This document shows, piece after piece, positions 17,616-26,453 of a DNA stretch of 29,281 nt. The DNA comes from an uncultured virus (IMG/VR IMGVR_UViG_3300035445_000156) (Duplodnaviria; Heunggongvirae; Uroviricota; Caudoviricetes): positions 62,001 through 91,281 of IMG/VR virus record IMGVR_UViG_3300035445_000156, one strand, 5' to 3'. Each line of letters starts with the position of its first letter. Positions within the stretch are counted from its first letter, which is position 1. Made by a program: the position numbers and the translations under genes. Below the pieces are notes generated by a model. That model was not told where the DNA came from. It worked only from the letters and a program-made list of their open reading frames with translations, and ran no database searches.

Positions 17616-18152
17616 GCTCCTTTCCGCCAGGCGCCTCTTCGCCCGGCGGATGATGCTCTGCAGATCGACCTCGAAGCTCACGATGAGCGCGAGGAATTCG
17701 CGGGGCGCCCGGCGGCGCAGCATGTGCGGGATGAATTCGCTCGGCTTCACCCACCTCGACACGGCGGCGGCTGCGATCCGAGCGAGCCGGATCGCAAAGT
17801 CGTACTTGCCAGCGTCAAAGCAGCACTGCGCCGCCCAGCGGCAGACGATCGCCACCTCGGTCGGCTCACCGGGGAGCAGCGCGGCCATGAGGGCGGCTTT
17901 CATCGCCGCAGTCGCCGCGAGGTCGACGAGGATGCTTGCCGCCATCGGTTTCGCGGCCATGGCGAGGCCATATAGGTGGCGCGACGAGTCCACGAGGCGC
18001 CACCGCTCCAGGTCCCATTCCTCGCGCGACAGAATCGGCGGCGTCGCGGTAGCTTGGTAGACCACCCCTTCGGCGACGGGCGCGGCGGCAACGGCGTCTC
18101 CGTCGGCGCCGGCAACGACTTGGATCTCATTGCGGATCCGCTCGTCGCTCAT
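17547..18152 (-). CDS. hypothetical, apparently chimeric protein
   Basis: GC3-rich codons from ATG 18152; contains a 57-bp copy of another gene and terminates inside the 189-bp duplicate. Confidence 0.5.
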   Translation of the reverse strand: MSDERIRNEIQVVAGADGDAVAAAPVAEGVVYQATATPPILSREEWDLERWRLVDSSRHLYGLAMAAKPMAASILVDLAATAAMKAALMAALLPGEPTEVAIVCRWAAQCCFDAGKYDFAIRLARIAAAAVSRWVKPSEFIPHMLRRRAPREFLALIVSFEVDLQSIIRRAKRRLAERSPIAWAHREDQLVARAGPEAPPA

Positions 18153-18234
18153 CCCGAGGTCGAGCGCACGAGGGCGATGCGGACGAGCGAGCGGGCCGAG
18201 AGCCTCGTCGCGCCGGGCTGACATACTCCGGGGC

Positions 18235-18513
18235 ATGGCTCCCCCGTTCAAGCTGAACCCCGCGCCGCGAGACTCCGGGATCGTCCGCCTGCCGGACGGG
18301 AAGTTCGCCGCCCGGGTCGTCCCCCTCTCGCCCCCCGAGGTCGTCCGCCGGTCGTCCGACCGCGGGGTCGACGTGCGCGAAGTCATCGAGGAGAACAGGG
18401 CGACCGAGCACGACCGACCGGTCGGCTCGCCGCCCACGTCCTCCGAGATCCCGTGGGGGCCCGCTGGCCCGTTCAACGACGCCGGCAAACCCCCCTTCCG
18501 CCTGAAGCCCTGA
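18235..18513 (+). CDS. small Pro-rich protein ending GKPPFRLKP
   Basis: CATACT-N7 before the ATG; GC3-rich codons. Confidence 0.65.
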   Translation: MAPPFKLNPAPRDSGIVRLPDGKFAARVVPLSPPEVVRRSSDRGVDVREVIEENRATEHDRPVGSPPTSSEIPWGPAGPFNDAGKPPFRLKP

Positions 18514-18516
18514 GCC

Positions 18517-18855
18517 GTGGACGCCGCGCAGGCGGTCCTCGTCGTGGTCGCGCCGGTGGGCGCGGCGATCGTCGCGTTCGCGAAGATCCTGCTCGACCGA
18601 CACCTGCGCGTGCTCGACCAGATCGCCGGGACGATCGCGGCGGAGATGCGCGCGGAGCGCGAGTCGCGGGAGGCGTCGCTCCGGCTGCTCGCCGAGTCGA
18701 TCGAGTCCTTCCGCGCGGCGACGAGCAAGGACTTCGATGAGTTGAAGTCCCTCGTCCGGGAGCAACAGATCTCCGACCTCGTCCGGGCGGTCCGGGACAG
18801 GCTCGACACGATCCCGGACGACCACGGACCGCGCCGTCGCCGCCCCCCGGAATGA
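18517..18855 (+). CDS. single-TM coiled-coil protein (possibly holin-like)
   Basis: N-terminal hydrophobic helix, amphipathic coil and basic tail; the holin role is speculative. Confidence 0.5.
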   Translation: MDAAQAVLVVVAPVGAAIVAFAKILLDRHLRVLDQIAGTIAAEMRAERESREASLRLLAESIESFRAATSKDFDELKSLVREQQISDLVRAVRDRLDTIPDDHGPRRRRPPE

Positions 18856-18871
18856 CTGCATCCTCTGTCCC

Positions 18872-19087
18872 GTGAACGACCGGATCGTCGAGGCGCTGGA
18901 GGAGCTGTTGCGGATGGCCAGGCGCGGCGAGGTCGACCTGCTCGCGTTCGGCGTCAAGCACCGCGGCGGCGACGTTCACGGCACGCTCTGGTCGTCCGTG
19001 CTGCCCGGCGACTCCCCCGCGCCCGCCGAACACCGGGAGGCGCTCGCGGGCGTGATCGAGTCCGTCTGCCGGGTGCTCCGGGAGTAG
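18872..19087 (+). CDS. hypothetical protein
   Basis: CATCCT-N7 before the GTG; LEELLRMARRGEV motif. Confidence 0.6.
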   Translation: MNDRIVEALEELLRMARRGEVDLLAFGVKHRGGDVHGTLWSSVLPGDSPAPAEHREALAGVIESVCRVLRE

Positions 19088-19098
19088 TCTCTCGGCCC

Positions 19099-19416
19099 AT
19101 GGCGAGCCCCACTTCGAGCGGCACAGGCAAGGTCTCCCCCTTCGGCGACGGGCGCGGCGGCAACGGCGTCTCCGTCGGCGCCGGCAACGACTTCGTCACG
19201 AACCCACGCGGCACGTCTGCGCCCGGGCCGACCCCGCGCGACCTCACGCGCCCGGTCCACCCGAACGTCCAGAAGTCGGGCGGCGACCCCGCGCTCGACG
19301 GCGGGAGCGTGCCCGACGGCGGGCCGCTCCCGTTCAAGGCGCCGACGGAGAAGTACGGCAACCCGCTCGGCGCGGGCACGCCCGGCAAGCCCCCGCCCTT
19401 CCGCCTGAAGGGCTGA
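19099..19416 (+). CDS. small Gly/Pro-rich protein ending GKPPPFRLKG
   Basis: TAGTCT-N8 before the ATG; GC3-rich codons. Confidence 0.7.
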   Translation: MASPTSSGTGKVSPFGDGRGGNGVSVGAGNDFVTNPRGTSAPGPTPRDLTRPVHPNVQKSGGDPALDGGSVPDGGPLPFKAPTEKYGNPLGAGTPGKPPPFRLKG

Positions 19417-19438
19417 TCGGCCGCGCATCATCCGCGGC

Positions 19439-19737
19439 ATGCAGAGCAAGAACGACCCCATCCTCGACGCGCAGCAGATCTGCGCCGGGCGCGTGATGAC
19501 CCGGGAGGCCTCCCCGAGTTCGAGCGCCTCGGGTGGCACGTGGGCATGCTCGACTCCGTGCTCCGGATGGCGACCGGCGTGTTCGTCACGGAGGCGGACG
19601 GGTGCTACCTCGCCGTCGAGACGGGGCGACGTGAAGGGACAGAGCGAGTCGTCGCGGCGGAGATCGGCGAGGCGATCGCCGCCGGGACGAAGGTCAAGGA
19701 CGCCTACGAGCGCGCCCGGAAGATCTTGAGGGGCTGA
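19439..19737 (+). pseudogene. hypothetical gene with an apparent single-base frameshift near 19509
   Basis: MQSKNDP...MTREA joins LPEFERLGWHVGMLD...ILRG if one C is added. Confidence 0.5.
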
Positions 19738-19756
19738 CGCGCGCTACCGTCCGCGC

Positions 19757-20176
19757 ATGGCAGGCGGACAGGTCACGTTCGACGGCTCGCTCCACGCGGG
19801 CCCCTCGGTCGTCTCGGAGACGATCTTCCCGAGCAGCTCGGCCGACGCCCACGTCGGCCTGCTCCCGTGCAAGAAGCCGTACACGGTCGCGACGGGCCTG
19901 CTCAGCTACCCGCTCGCGAGCCCGAGCGCGTTCGTGACCCTCTCCGGGGTATCCCCCTCGCTCGCGGGCGCGGTCTCTCGCGCGACGTTCTTCTACTTCC
20001 GCTGCGAGAGCGCGATGCGCCTGCGCCTGACGATCGACGGCGCGGCGGACCCGGACTACACGAGCGTGCTCGACGTGCGCGGGATCCTCGCGCTCGAGTT
20101 CCCGGACGAGAACGCGCTCCTGCTCGTCGAGGCCGAGGGCGAGGGGACGATCGAGTACTTCGCCTCTGGGACCTGA
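19757..20176 (+). CDS. hypothetical, probably virion-associated protein
   Basis: TACCGT-N6 before the ATG; beta-rich 139 aa within the head cluster. Confidence 0.6.
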   Translation: MAGGQVTFDGSLHAGPSVVSETIFPSSSADAHVGLLPCKKPYTVATGLLSYPLASPSAFVTLSGVSPSLAGAVSRATFFYFRCESAMRLRLTIDGAADPDYTSVLDVRGILALEFPDENALLLVEAEGEGTIEYFASGT

Positions 20177-20330
20177 TGGGTCTGGACCCGGGGAGTCGAA
20201 CGCCCGGCGAGTGACGTCTCCAGCGACGCCCCCGTGCAGCCATGGCCTACCGGCCGCCCAGTCGGCAGGATGATGCGCTTATCCTCGCTCCTCGCGTCCG
20301 CCTCCTGCGAGACGCGAGGAGGCAAGCCCC

Positions 20331-20996
20331 GTGAAGCTCGACGAACATCTCTCGAAGGCGGACCCGAACGTCCTCGCCGACATCTTCCGCAAGATCAACC
20401 TCGCGCAGGTCCTGCGCGGGCAGGTCCCGCAGTTCCTCCGGCGCAAGGTCCCGGCGGCCGGCGTCCAGCTCGCGACGCTCGAGACGCTCGTGCTCGCCGA
20501 CAACGCGAAGGCGTCGGTCGTCATCCGCGCGACCGTCCGGGCGGGCGGCGTGACCGGCGAGCTCGACCCGCAGACGTACGGGACGACTCCCGCGACAACG
20601 CAGATCGCAGTCGCCCCGAACGGGGACATCGTCGTGCTCGCCGCCGACGCGATCACGGACATCGACGTGCACTACCTGCCCGAGCGCGGGGACGTCTACG
20701 AGACGACGATGCCCGTCATCTCCGACGTGCTCACCCCCTCGACCACATTCACTGCCTCGCCGCGCGGCATCGTGCTGCTCCTCGAGGCGGAGGCGGTCGA
20801 GGCGACGAGCACGGGGGACAAGGTCGTCCTCGTGCCCGGGTCGGTGCCGGCAGCGGGTCAGGCGGCCCTCACGGACGACGAGAAGCTCTCGGTCACGTTC
20901 GCCGCGGCCGACGCGGTGACGCGCGCCCGGGTCAAGTTCCTGCTCGTCGCGCTGCAGGACCTCGACGCGCTGCTCGAGTCGGAGGCGACCGTCTGA
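20331..20996 (+). CDS. putative head decoration/structural protein
   Basis: SD GAGGAGG; A/T/V-rich 221 aa upstream of the scaffold and capsid genes. Confidence 0.55.
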   Translation: MKLDEHLSKADPNVLADIFRKINLAQVLRGQVPQFLRRKVPAAGVQLATLETLVLADNAKASVVIRATVRAGGVTGELDPQTYGTTPATTQIAVAPNGDIVVLAADAITDIDVHYLPERGDVYETTMPVISDVLTPSTTFTASPRGIVLLLEAEAVEATSTGDKVVLVPGSVPAAGQAALTDDEKLSVTFAAADAVTRARVKFLLVALQDLDALLESEATV

Positions 20997-21027
20997 GATA
21001 ACACCGGTGTTATCTCCGGGACAAACC
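20995..21027 (+). repeat. 33-bp palindromic dispersed element, copy 4
   Basis: Identical to copy 1; overlaps the TGA stop and abuts the scaffold gene's SD. Confidence 0.97.
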
Positions 21028-21044
21028 AGAAAGGGAGAAGGGCG

Positions 21045-21959
21045 ATGACGACAGCAGCAGCAGAGGCGGCGGGGGCGAACCCCGCGGGGAACGAACAGCA
21101 GGCGCCGGTCACGGGTTTCCGGGGGAGCTCGACCGGCGCGTCGCTCGCGAGGCCGGCGGAGCCCGCCGCGACGGAGGAGCGACCGCGCAACCCGGTCCCG
21201 GCAGCCGCGCTCGGGGATGAAGGGCTCAGGTCGAAGCTCCGGCGAACAGAAGAGGCCGCCCGGAGGAAGCTCCTGTCCGACCTCGGGGTCGACGACCCGA
21301 ACACGTTCAAGACGCGCATCGAGCAGGAGCGCGCGGAGCTCGCGCGGCTGAAGAAGGCCGAGGAGGACGCGAAGCGGTCGCAGATGACGGAGGTCGAGCG
21401 GTACCGGGCCGACCTCGAGGCCGCGCGAGCCGAGACGGCGAAGCGGGACGCCCGGATCGCCGAGCTGGAGGAGACGATCTACGCGGGGCAGGGCGACGCG
21501 ATGGCCAGGGCCGCGGCCGCGCCGCACGTCGACCCGGAGTTCGCTGACTACGCGCTCGTGCTCCTGAAGCGGAGCCTGCACGGGATGAGCGACGAGCAGA
21601 TCGCAGAGGCGACGACCGAGGGGGCGATGCGCCGCTTCTTCCGGCGCCTCGTCGCCGAGCGGCCGAAGCTCGCGCGCGCGGCCGAGCCGGAGGCGCCGAC
21701 GAACCCGCCGCGGTCAGTCGCCGCGGCCGCGCCCCGCAGGCCGGCGCAGCAGCCGGTCCCGAAGCGGCAGGTCGCGCCCCCGAGCGCTCTCCGCCGAGCG
21801 GCGGGCGCCCCGGCGCAGCGCCCGGCTCCCTCGCCGGCCAAGCAGGACGCGAGGGGCGGCGAGCTCAACGGCAAGACGGTCAAGCCGGGACAGCCCAACA
21901 GCATGACGAAGGCCGAGCTCGGGCACTACCTCGCGCAGACCGGCCGCAAGATGTACTGA
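21045..21959 (+). CDS. capsid scaffolding protein
   Basis: Charged coiled coil (LKKAEEDAKRSQMTEVERYRADLE) and Pro/Ala-rich tail, directly upstream of the capsid gene. Confidence 0.75.
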   Translation: MTTAAAEAAGANPAGNEQQAPVTGFRGSSTGASLARPAEPAATEERPRNPVPAAALGDEGLRSKLRRTEEAARRKLLSDLGVDDPNTFKTRIEQERAELARLKKAEEDAKRSQMTEVERYRADLEAARAETAKRDARIAELEETIYAGQGDAMARAAAAPHVDPEFADYALVLLKRSLHGMSDEQIAEATTEGAMRRFFRRLVAERPKLARAAEPEAPTNPPRSVAAAAPRRPAQQPVPKRQVAPPSALRRAAGAPAQRPAPSPAKQDARGGELNGKTVKPGQPNSMTKAELGHYLAQTGRKMY

Positions 21960-22170
21960 GCCGGTGGTACGAGGAGTTGCACCGGCCGTTCTCGATCACG
22001 CCCGGCGACGTGCGCCGGCTCTTCTGACTCCCGCGCGCGTGTTACTCCTGTCCGGGATCTAGGTCTCGACGCGACTCCACACGCGGGCACGCCCGGCGGT
22101 CATCCAGGGTGGTCAATCCGGCGTCGCAGGGGCCCGAAGCGCAACCCCTCGCGAAGGAAAGCCCGCACCA

Positions 22171-23571
22171 ATGACCGTCTCATCCCTGTTCTTGGGACTG
22201 CCGCCGTCCCTCTTGTCGCTCGTCCAGGAGGGCCTGATCGAGCGCGCGTTCCACGACGGCCTCTTCCCCGCCCTCCAGTACCGATCGGAGGCGATGGAGG
22301 AGGAGTGGGAGGCGAACACCGGCACCGAGATCTTCATGACCCGGCCCGGCCTGCTCGACCCGATCGTCAAGCCGCTCGTCGCCGACGCCGACCCGGTCCC
22401 GCAGGTCGTGCCCTACGAGCAGTGGGTCGCGATCCTCCGCCGCTACGCCGGGACGATCGACACGCACATGCCGTCATCCGCGGTCGCGTCCGCGAACTTG
22501 TTCATGCGGAACATCCACCAGCTCGGCCTGCAGGCGGGGCAGTCGCTCAACCGCATCCCGCGCAACGAGATGTTCAAGGCGTACACGAGCGGTCAGACGC
22601 TCACGATCGCCGCCGCGCTCGCGGGCGACACGACGATCCGCGTCGCGGCCCTCAACGGCTTCACCGACGTCATCGTCCGCGGCCTCAACGTCCGGCCGTC
22701 GGTCGTCTCCCCGACGATCCCGCTGCCGGTCCAGATCTCGGGCGTAACCGGGACGCGGAACGTGATCGCGTTCTTCCCGGACAACCCGGACGACCCGTTC
22801 GGCCCCGGCACGCTGCAGCTCTCGGCCGCGCTCGGGGTCGGCGTCGCCGCCCGCACGCCGGTGATCAGCGCCTACGCGCCGCGGATCATCCGCTCCGGCG
22901 GCGGCCTCTCGGTCGACGCGATCGGCACCTCCGACATCCTCACGCTGCAGGACGTGATCCGCGCCGTCTCCCGGCTGCGGAAGAACAACGTCTCGCCGCA
23001 CGAGGACGGCTACTACCACTGCCATATCCCGACCGACGGCAACGAGCAGGTGTTCGCCGACCCCGCCTTCCAGCGGCTCAACACTGCCCTGCCGGACCAC
23101 GTGTACTACCGGGAGGCGTTCCTCGGGACGATCGCGGGCTGCGCGTTTTTCTTGAACAACGAGTCGCCCGACTTCTCGAACTCGGGCGCGCGCACGGCGA
23201 CCGGGACGAACGCGACCTACTCGGAGGACATCGGCGCCGAGACCGTGAACGACTCGGGCGTGCCGGTCGCGCGCACGGTCATCACGGGCCGGGGCGTGAT
23301 CTACGAGAAGCGCCTCGACGAGGAGAAGAACTACGTCTCCGAGGCCGGGATCACCGGCAAGACGGGCGAGTTCCAGACGGTCAACGCGGGCATCGAGGTC
23401 GAGACGCGCGGCATCCGGCTGATCCTCCGCTCCCCGCAGAACCGCCTGCAGGACAAGGTCGCCGCGACGTGGTCCATCACGACCGCGTTCCCGGTCCCGA
23501 GCGACGCCTCGTCCGGCCTGGCCGAGCGATTCAAGCGCGCCATCACGATCGAGCACGCCTTCGAGGCGTGA
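22171..23571 (+). CDS. major capsid protein
   Basis: 466 aa after the scaffold gene, with strong codon bias; LTLQDVIRAVSRLRKNNV-P..DGYYHCHI and LGTIAGCAF resemble HK97-fold capsid motifs. Confidence 0.85.
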   Translation: MTVSSLFLGLPPSLLSLVQEGLIERAFHDGLFPALQYRSEAMEEEWEANTGTEIFMTRPGLLDPIVKPLVADADPVPQVVPYEQWVAILRRYAGTIDTHMPSSAVASANLFMRNIHQLGLQAGQSLNRIPRNEMFKAYTSGQTLTIAAALAGDTTIRVAALNGFTDVIVRGLNVRPSVVSPTIPLPVQISGVTGTRNVIAFFPDNPDDPFGPGTLQLSAALGVGVAARTPVISAYAPRIIRSGGGLSVDAIGTSDILTLQDVIRAVSRLRKNNVSPHEDGYYHCHIPTDGNEQVFADPAFQRLNTALPDHVYYREAFLGTIAGCAFFLNNESPDFSNSGARTATGTNATYSEDIGAETVNDSGVPVARTVITGRGVIYEKRLDEEKNYVSEAGITGKTGEFQTVNAGIEVETRGIRLILRSPQNRLQDKVAATWSITTAFPVPSDASSGLAERFKRAITIEHAFEA

Positions 23572-23692
23572 CGTCGTCATCGACGACGAGCGAGGTCATG
23601 CCGCCGACCGTCGTTCTTCCCGGATAGCGCTTCGGTTTCAGCGCGACCGCTCCGACGCCTTCGACGTATCCGCCCTGCGTGAAGATTCCCAT
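23543..23692 (-). CDS. possible small hypothetical protein
   Basis: Minus-strand CATCAT lies 9 nt before ATG 23692; 49 aa filling the intergenic gap. Confidence 0.35.
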   Translation of the reverse strand: MGIFTQGGYVEGVGAVALKPKRYPGRTTVGGMTSLVVDDDVTPRRRARS

Positions 23693-23754
23693 CGTCTCGG
23701 GATGATGCGTTCTTTGTCCGCGCTTATCCTCTCCCCCGGAAGGGAGAGGAATCA

Positions 23755-24375
23755 ATGGCACGCAAGGCAGTCCCCGAAGAGACAGGATCCGACAGGCTCA
23801 TAGGAGCGCCCGACGGCAGGCGCGAGCGGGAACCAGGACGCGAGCACGTCAGCGTGCTCGACCCGACGCCCCCGAGCGCCCTCGCCGGGGACCTGGAGGG
23901 CTTCCGGTACGCGCAGGACAGGGCCTCCGGCGCGCTCGTCCCGCCGCCCCGCCCGAACGCGGTCACCCGGAGCGCGGTCTCGCGGCAGCCGGCGCCCGCC
24001 GCGTCGAGCGAGGACCAGGAGCTCGCGGCGAGCCTGCGGGAGGAGCTCGAGGAGGCAGTGCAGGTGGTCGGCGAGCGGCAGGCCGACCTGCTCGCGGCCA
24101 AGGGCCAGGAGGTCGTCGAGAAGAAGGCGGCCTACGACGAGGCGGTCGAGAAGCGGGACGAGGTCGCCCGCCGGCTCGAGGAGGTCCAGGAGCGCCTGTC
24201 GCCGGACGCGCTCGTCCGCTTCTACGTCGTCGAGGGCGAGAAGGAGAAGCGGGTCGGGGGCGACGTGCTCCGACCCGGCAAGGTCATCGACACGCGCAAC
24301 TACGACCCGAGGGCGCTCCGGCGCGGCGGCGTGCGGCTCAAGGAGATCCGGGCCGAGGAGCGCGACCAGTACTGA
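23755..24375 (+). CDS. hypothetical coiled-coil protein in the head-neck region
   Basis: SD GAGAGGA; central heptad region. Confidence 0.7.
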   Translation: MARKAVPEETGSDRLIGAPDGRREREPGREHVSVLDPTPPSALAGDLEGFRYAQDRASGALVPPPRPNAVTRSAVSRQPAPAASSEDQELAASLREELEEAVQVVGERQADLLAAKGQEVVEKKAAYDEAVEKRDEVARRLEEVQERLSPDALVRFYVVEGEKEKRVGGDVLRPGKVIDTRNYDPRALRRGGVRLKEIRAEERDQY

Positions 24376-24411
24376 GCCTTCTCCATCGCCGTGATCCCGT
24401 AGGCTCGCCCC

Positions 24412-24822
24412 GTGAGCGGCAACGGGATCACGGCGATGGAGAAGGTCGACATCCGCCGGCACATGGGCTACCTGAACGTCTCCGAGGTCCAGACGTTCGT
24501 GCTCGGCACGCCCGCCGCGACCGAGACGCAGTTCCTGATCGAGGGCGCGATGAACCGCGTCCTCGTCGAGGCGGTCCCCCGGCTGCGCGAGTACGTCGCC
24601 GAGTTGAACTCGATCGAGAGAGAGAAGAGCGCCGCCCGGAAGCGGCTGAAGGCGCGGAAGATCGGCAACCTCGAGACGAACCCGGAGGAGCAGCGGGACC
24701 TGGACAGGGAGTACCTCCTCTGGCAGGGCAAGCTCGCGGACCTGCTCGGCTGCCCGCCCAACCCGTTCAGCAAGGCGTTTGACGGCGGCGGCTCGTTCAC
24801 GAACGTGCCGGTCGTGCACTGA
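24412..24822 (+). CDS. putative head-tail adaptor
   Basis: Position after the capsid gene, helical 136 aa, with EKVDIRRHMGY and KIGNLE motifs; TAGGCT-N6 before the GTG. Confidence 0.6.
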   Translation: MSGNGITAMEKVDIRRHMGYLNVSEVQTFVLGTPAATETQFLIEGAMNRVLVEAVPRLREYVAELNSIEREKSAARKRLKARKIGNLETNPEEQRDLDREYLLWQGKLADLLGCPPNPFSKAFDGGGSFTNVPVVH

Positions 24823-24891
24823 TCTCGCATGTGAGGAATGCCCTCCCTCGCGGGTTACCGCCCGGGCCAGGCGTTCGGGGATGATGCTGAC

Positions 24892-25509
24892 ATGACCCGC
24901 CAGGCACTCACCCCGCGACAGGCCGAGGACTCGTTCGCGCACGAGATGGGCGACGTGGCCGACGACATCCGGCAGGACATCGCCGTCGACCTGGGCGCCC
25001 GCCCCCTGCGCGTCTTCCTCGTGTGGGTCGGGACGAGCGGGGAGGAGCGCGGCTCGGGGGAGGAGCGGGAGGTCGCCAGGCGCGAGATCGTCCCGTCCCC
25101 CGCCGTGACGGACCTGTCCGCCGCGCTCCTGAACCCCTTCACCGCCGGCCGCTACCCGGTCGGCACCGTGCGGCTCACGGAGGTGAGCGTGCGACTCACG
25201 CGCGACGAGCTGCGGGGGGAGAGGGTCCCGACAGCGCCCCCGCCGCCGGGAAAGAAGCAGCAGGACGACTACCCGCGGGAGCTCGGGCGGAGGGTCGACC
25301 CGGAGCTCGTCGACTTCTTCTACGAGGTCGTCGACGACGGGCGGGGCGACGACCCGGCGCGTCGGCAGCGCTACCACCTGGCCGCGGAGCCCGACCTGCA
25401 GGCCGAGAACGCGCAGTGGACGGTGCTGCTCGAGCGCGCGCACGAGGACCGCACGCGGCAGGCGCGGAGCCGGCTCGGGGACGACCCGGACCGGCCCGAG
25501 TTCCCCTAG
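24892..25509 (+). CDS. putative head closure/neck protein
   Basis: Synteny; GATGAT-N6 before ATG 24892. Confidence 0.55.
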   Translation: MTRQALTPRQAEDSFAHEMGDVADDIRQDIAVDLGARPLRVFLVWVGTSGEERGSGEEREVARREIVPSPAVTDLSAALLNPFTAGRYPVGTVRLTEVSVRLTRDELRGERVPTAPPPPGKKQQDDYPRELGRRVDPELVDFFYEVVDDGRGDDPARRQRYHLAAEPDLQAENAQWTVLLERAHEDRTRQARSRLGDDPDRPEFP

Positions 25510-25841
25510 GCGTCGAGCGCTTCTCGGACCTTGGACTTCGACCGGACGAGGTGCCCGCGGTCGTCGAGCACGAGCGGCGCGCCGAAGAGCGGCCGGCCGA
25601 CCCACACGGCGTTTCCGTCAGCGCAATCGACCCGCCTGATCTCCTTGAAGCGCGACTGACCCACCCGCTCGATGACCGGGCGCGGTGGCACGTGCTCTCC
25701 CTCGCGCGGCAGCCGCAGGCGTCCGGACGCGAGCCAGTCGGCGACGTATGCGAGGGAGCCGACCGGGTCGTTCCCGTCGCCGACGGGCAGCTCGTGCCCG
25801 AGGCAGTCGGCGACCGAGGCGATAAGGTGGTTGTCGCTCAT
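25506..25841 (-). CDS. hypothetical accessory protein
   Basis: 111-aa minus-strand ORF whose stop overlaps the neighbour's stop at CTAG. Confidence 0.55.
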   Translation of the reverse strand: MSDNHLIASVADCLGHELPVGDGNDPVGSLAYVADWLASGRLRLPREGEHVPPRPVIERVGQSRFKEIRRVDCADGNAVWVGRPLFGAPLVLDDRGHLVRSKSKVREALDA

Positions 25842-25891
25842 GGGTCGAGACTCTAAGACATGATGCCCTATACGTCAAGGAGTTTGTCCGG

Positions 25892-26404
25892 GTGGCCTCG
25901 ATCGACCTGAAGGACGCGGCCGCGGGGGTCGACGAGCTCGGCGAGGAGGTCGAGCGGGCGGCGCTCCGCGGGCTCTACTCGGCGGCCTTGCGCGGCGTGC
26001 AGACGATCCAGACGCTCATCGTCCCGAGCCGGACGCCGCAGCCGGTCGACCGCGGGCTCTTCCGCGCGGGCTGGCGCGCCTACTTGGATATCCCGCACAA
26101 GACGGTGAGCGTCGAGAACAACGAGCCGCACGCCGTCTTCGTCGAGCACGGCGTCGCCGGCTCGCGCGTCCGGGTAGGGCGGCAGATGATCGAGGCGCTC
26201 GCGTCGTGGGTCGCGCGGAAGGGGCTCGCGTCGCAGTCGGAGGCGCGCTCCGTCGCGTGGGCGATCGCGAAGCGCATGCAGGCGCGGGGGATCTTCTGGC
26301 GCGCGGGCGCGCCCGGCTTCCGAATCCTCGAGGAGCTCGTCGAGAAGTACCTGCCGCGTTTCATCGAGGATGAAGTGCAGCGGGAGATCGGGCGGATCAG
26401 GTGA
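25892..26404 (+). CDS. HK97 gp10-like tail completion/neck protein
   Basis: PVDRGLFRAGW and HAVFVEHG motifs; SD AAGGAG. Confidence 0.8.
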   Translation: MASIDLKDAAAGVDELGEEVERAALRGLYSAALRGVQTIQTLIVPSRTPQPVDRGLFRAGWRAYLDIPHKTVSVENNEPHAVFVEHGVAGSRVRVGRQMIEALASWVARKGLASQSEARSVAWAIAKRMQARGIFWRAGAPGFRILEELVEKYLPRFIEDEVQREIGRIR

Positions 26405-26453
26405 ACTACTGAGCGAAATCGAAGGCGCCGCTCGCGCGGATAATGCTCGGGCG

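Larger units (their letters stand above)
16519..18223. mobile_element. inserted minus-strand cassette bounded by 32-bp direct repeats
   Basis: CGGGCCGAGAGCCTCGTCGCGCCGGGCTGACA at 16519-16550 and 18192-18223; the interior has lower GC and opposite gene orientation; no integrase inside. Confidence 0.6.
18065..19193 (+). repeat. exact 57-bp direct repeat (18065-18121 and 19137-19193)
   Basis: CCCCTTCGGCGACGGGCGCGGCGGCAACGGCGTCTCCGTCGGCGCCGGCAACGACTT occurs at both sites. Confidence 0.93.

Noticed and set aside
19902..20243. Minus-strand ORF downstream of a CATCAT box
   Set aside because: Mostly antisense to a well-supported gene, low-complexity product, and the spacing does not fit the leaderless pattern.
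21960..22170. tRNA in the capsid leader
   Set aside because: No cloverleaf, no T-loop GTTC consensus and no CCA context found.
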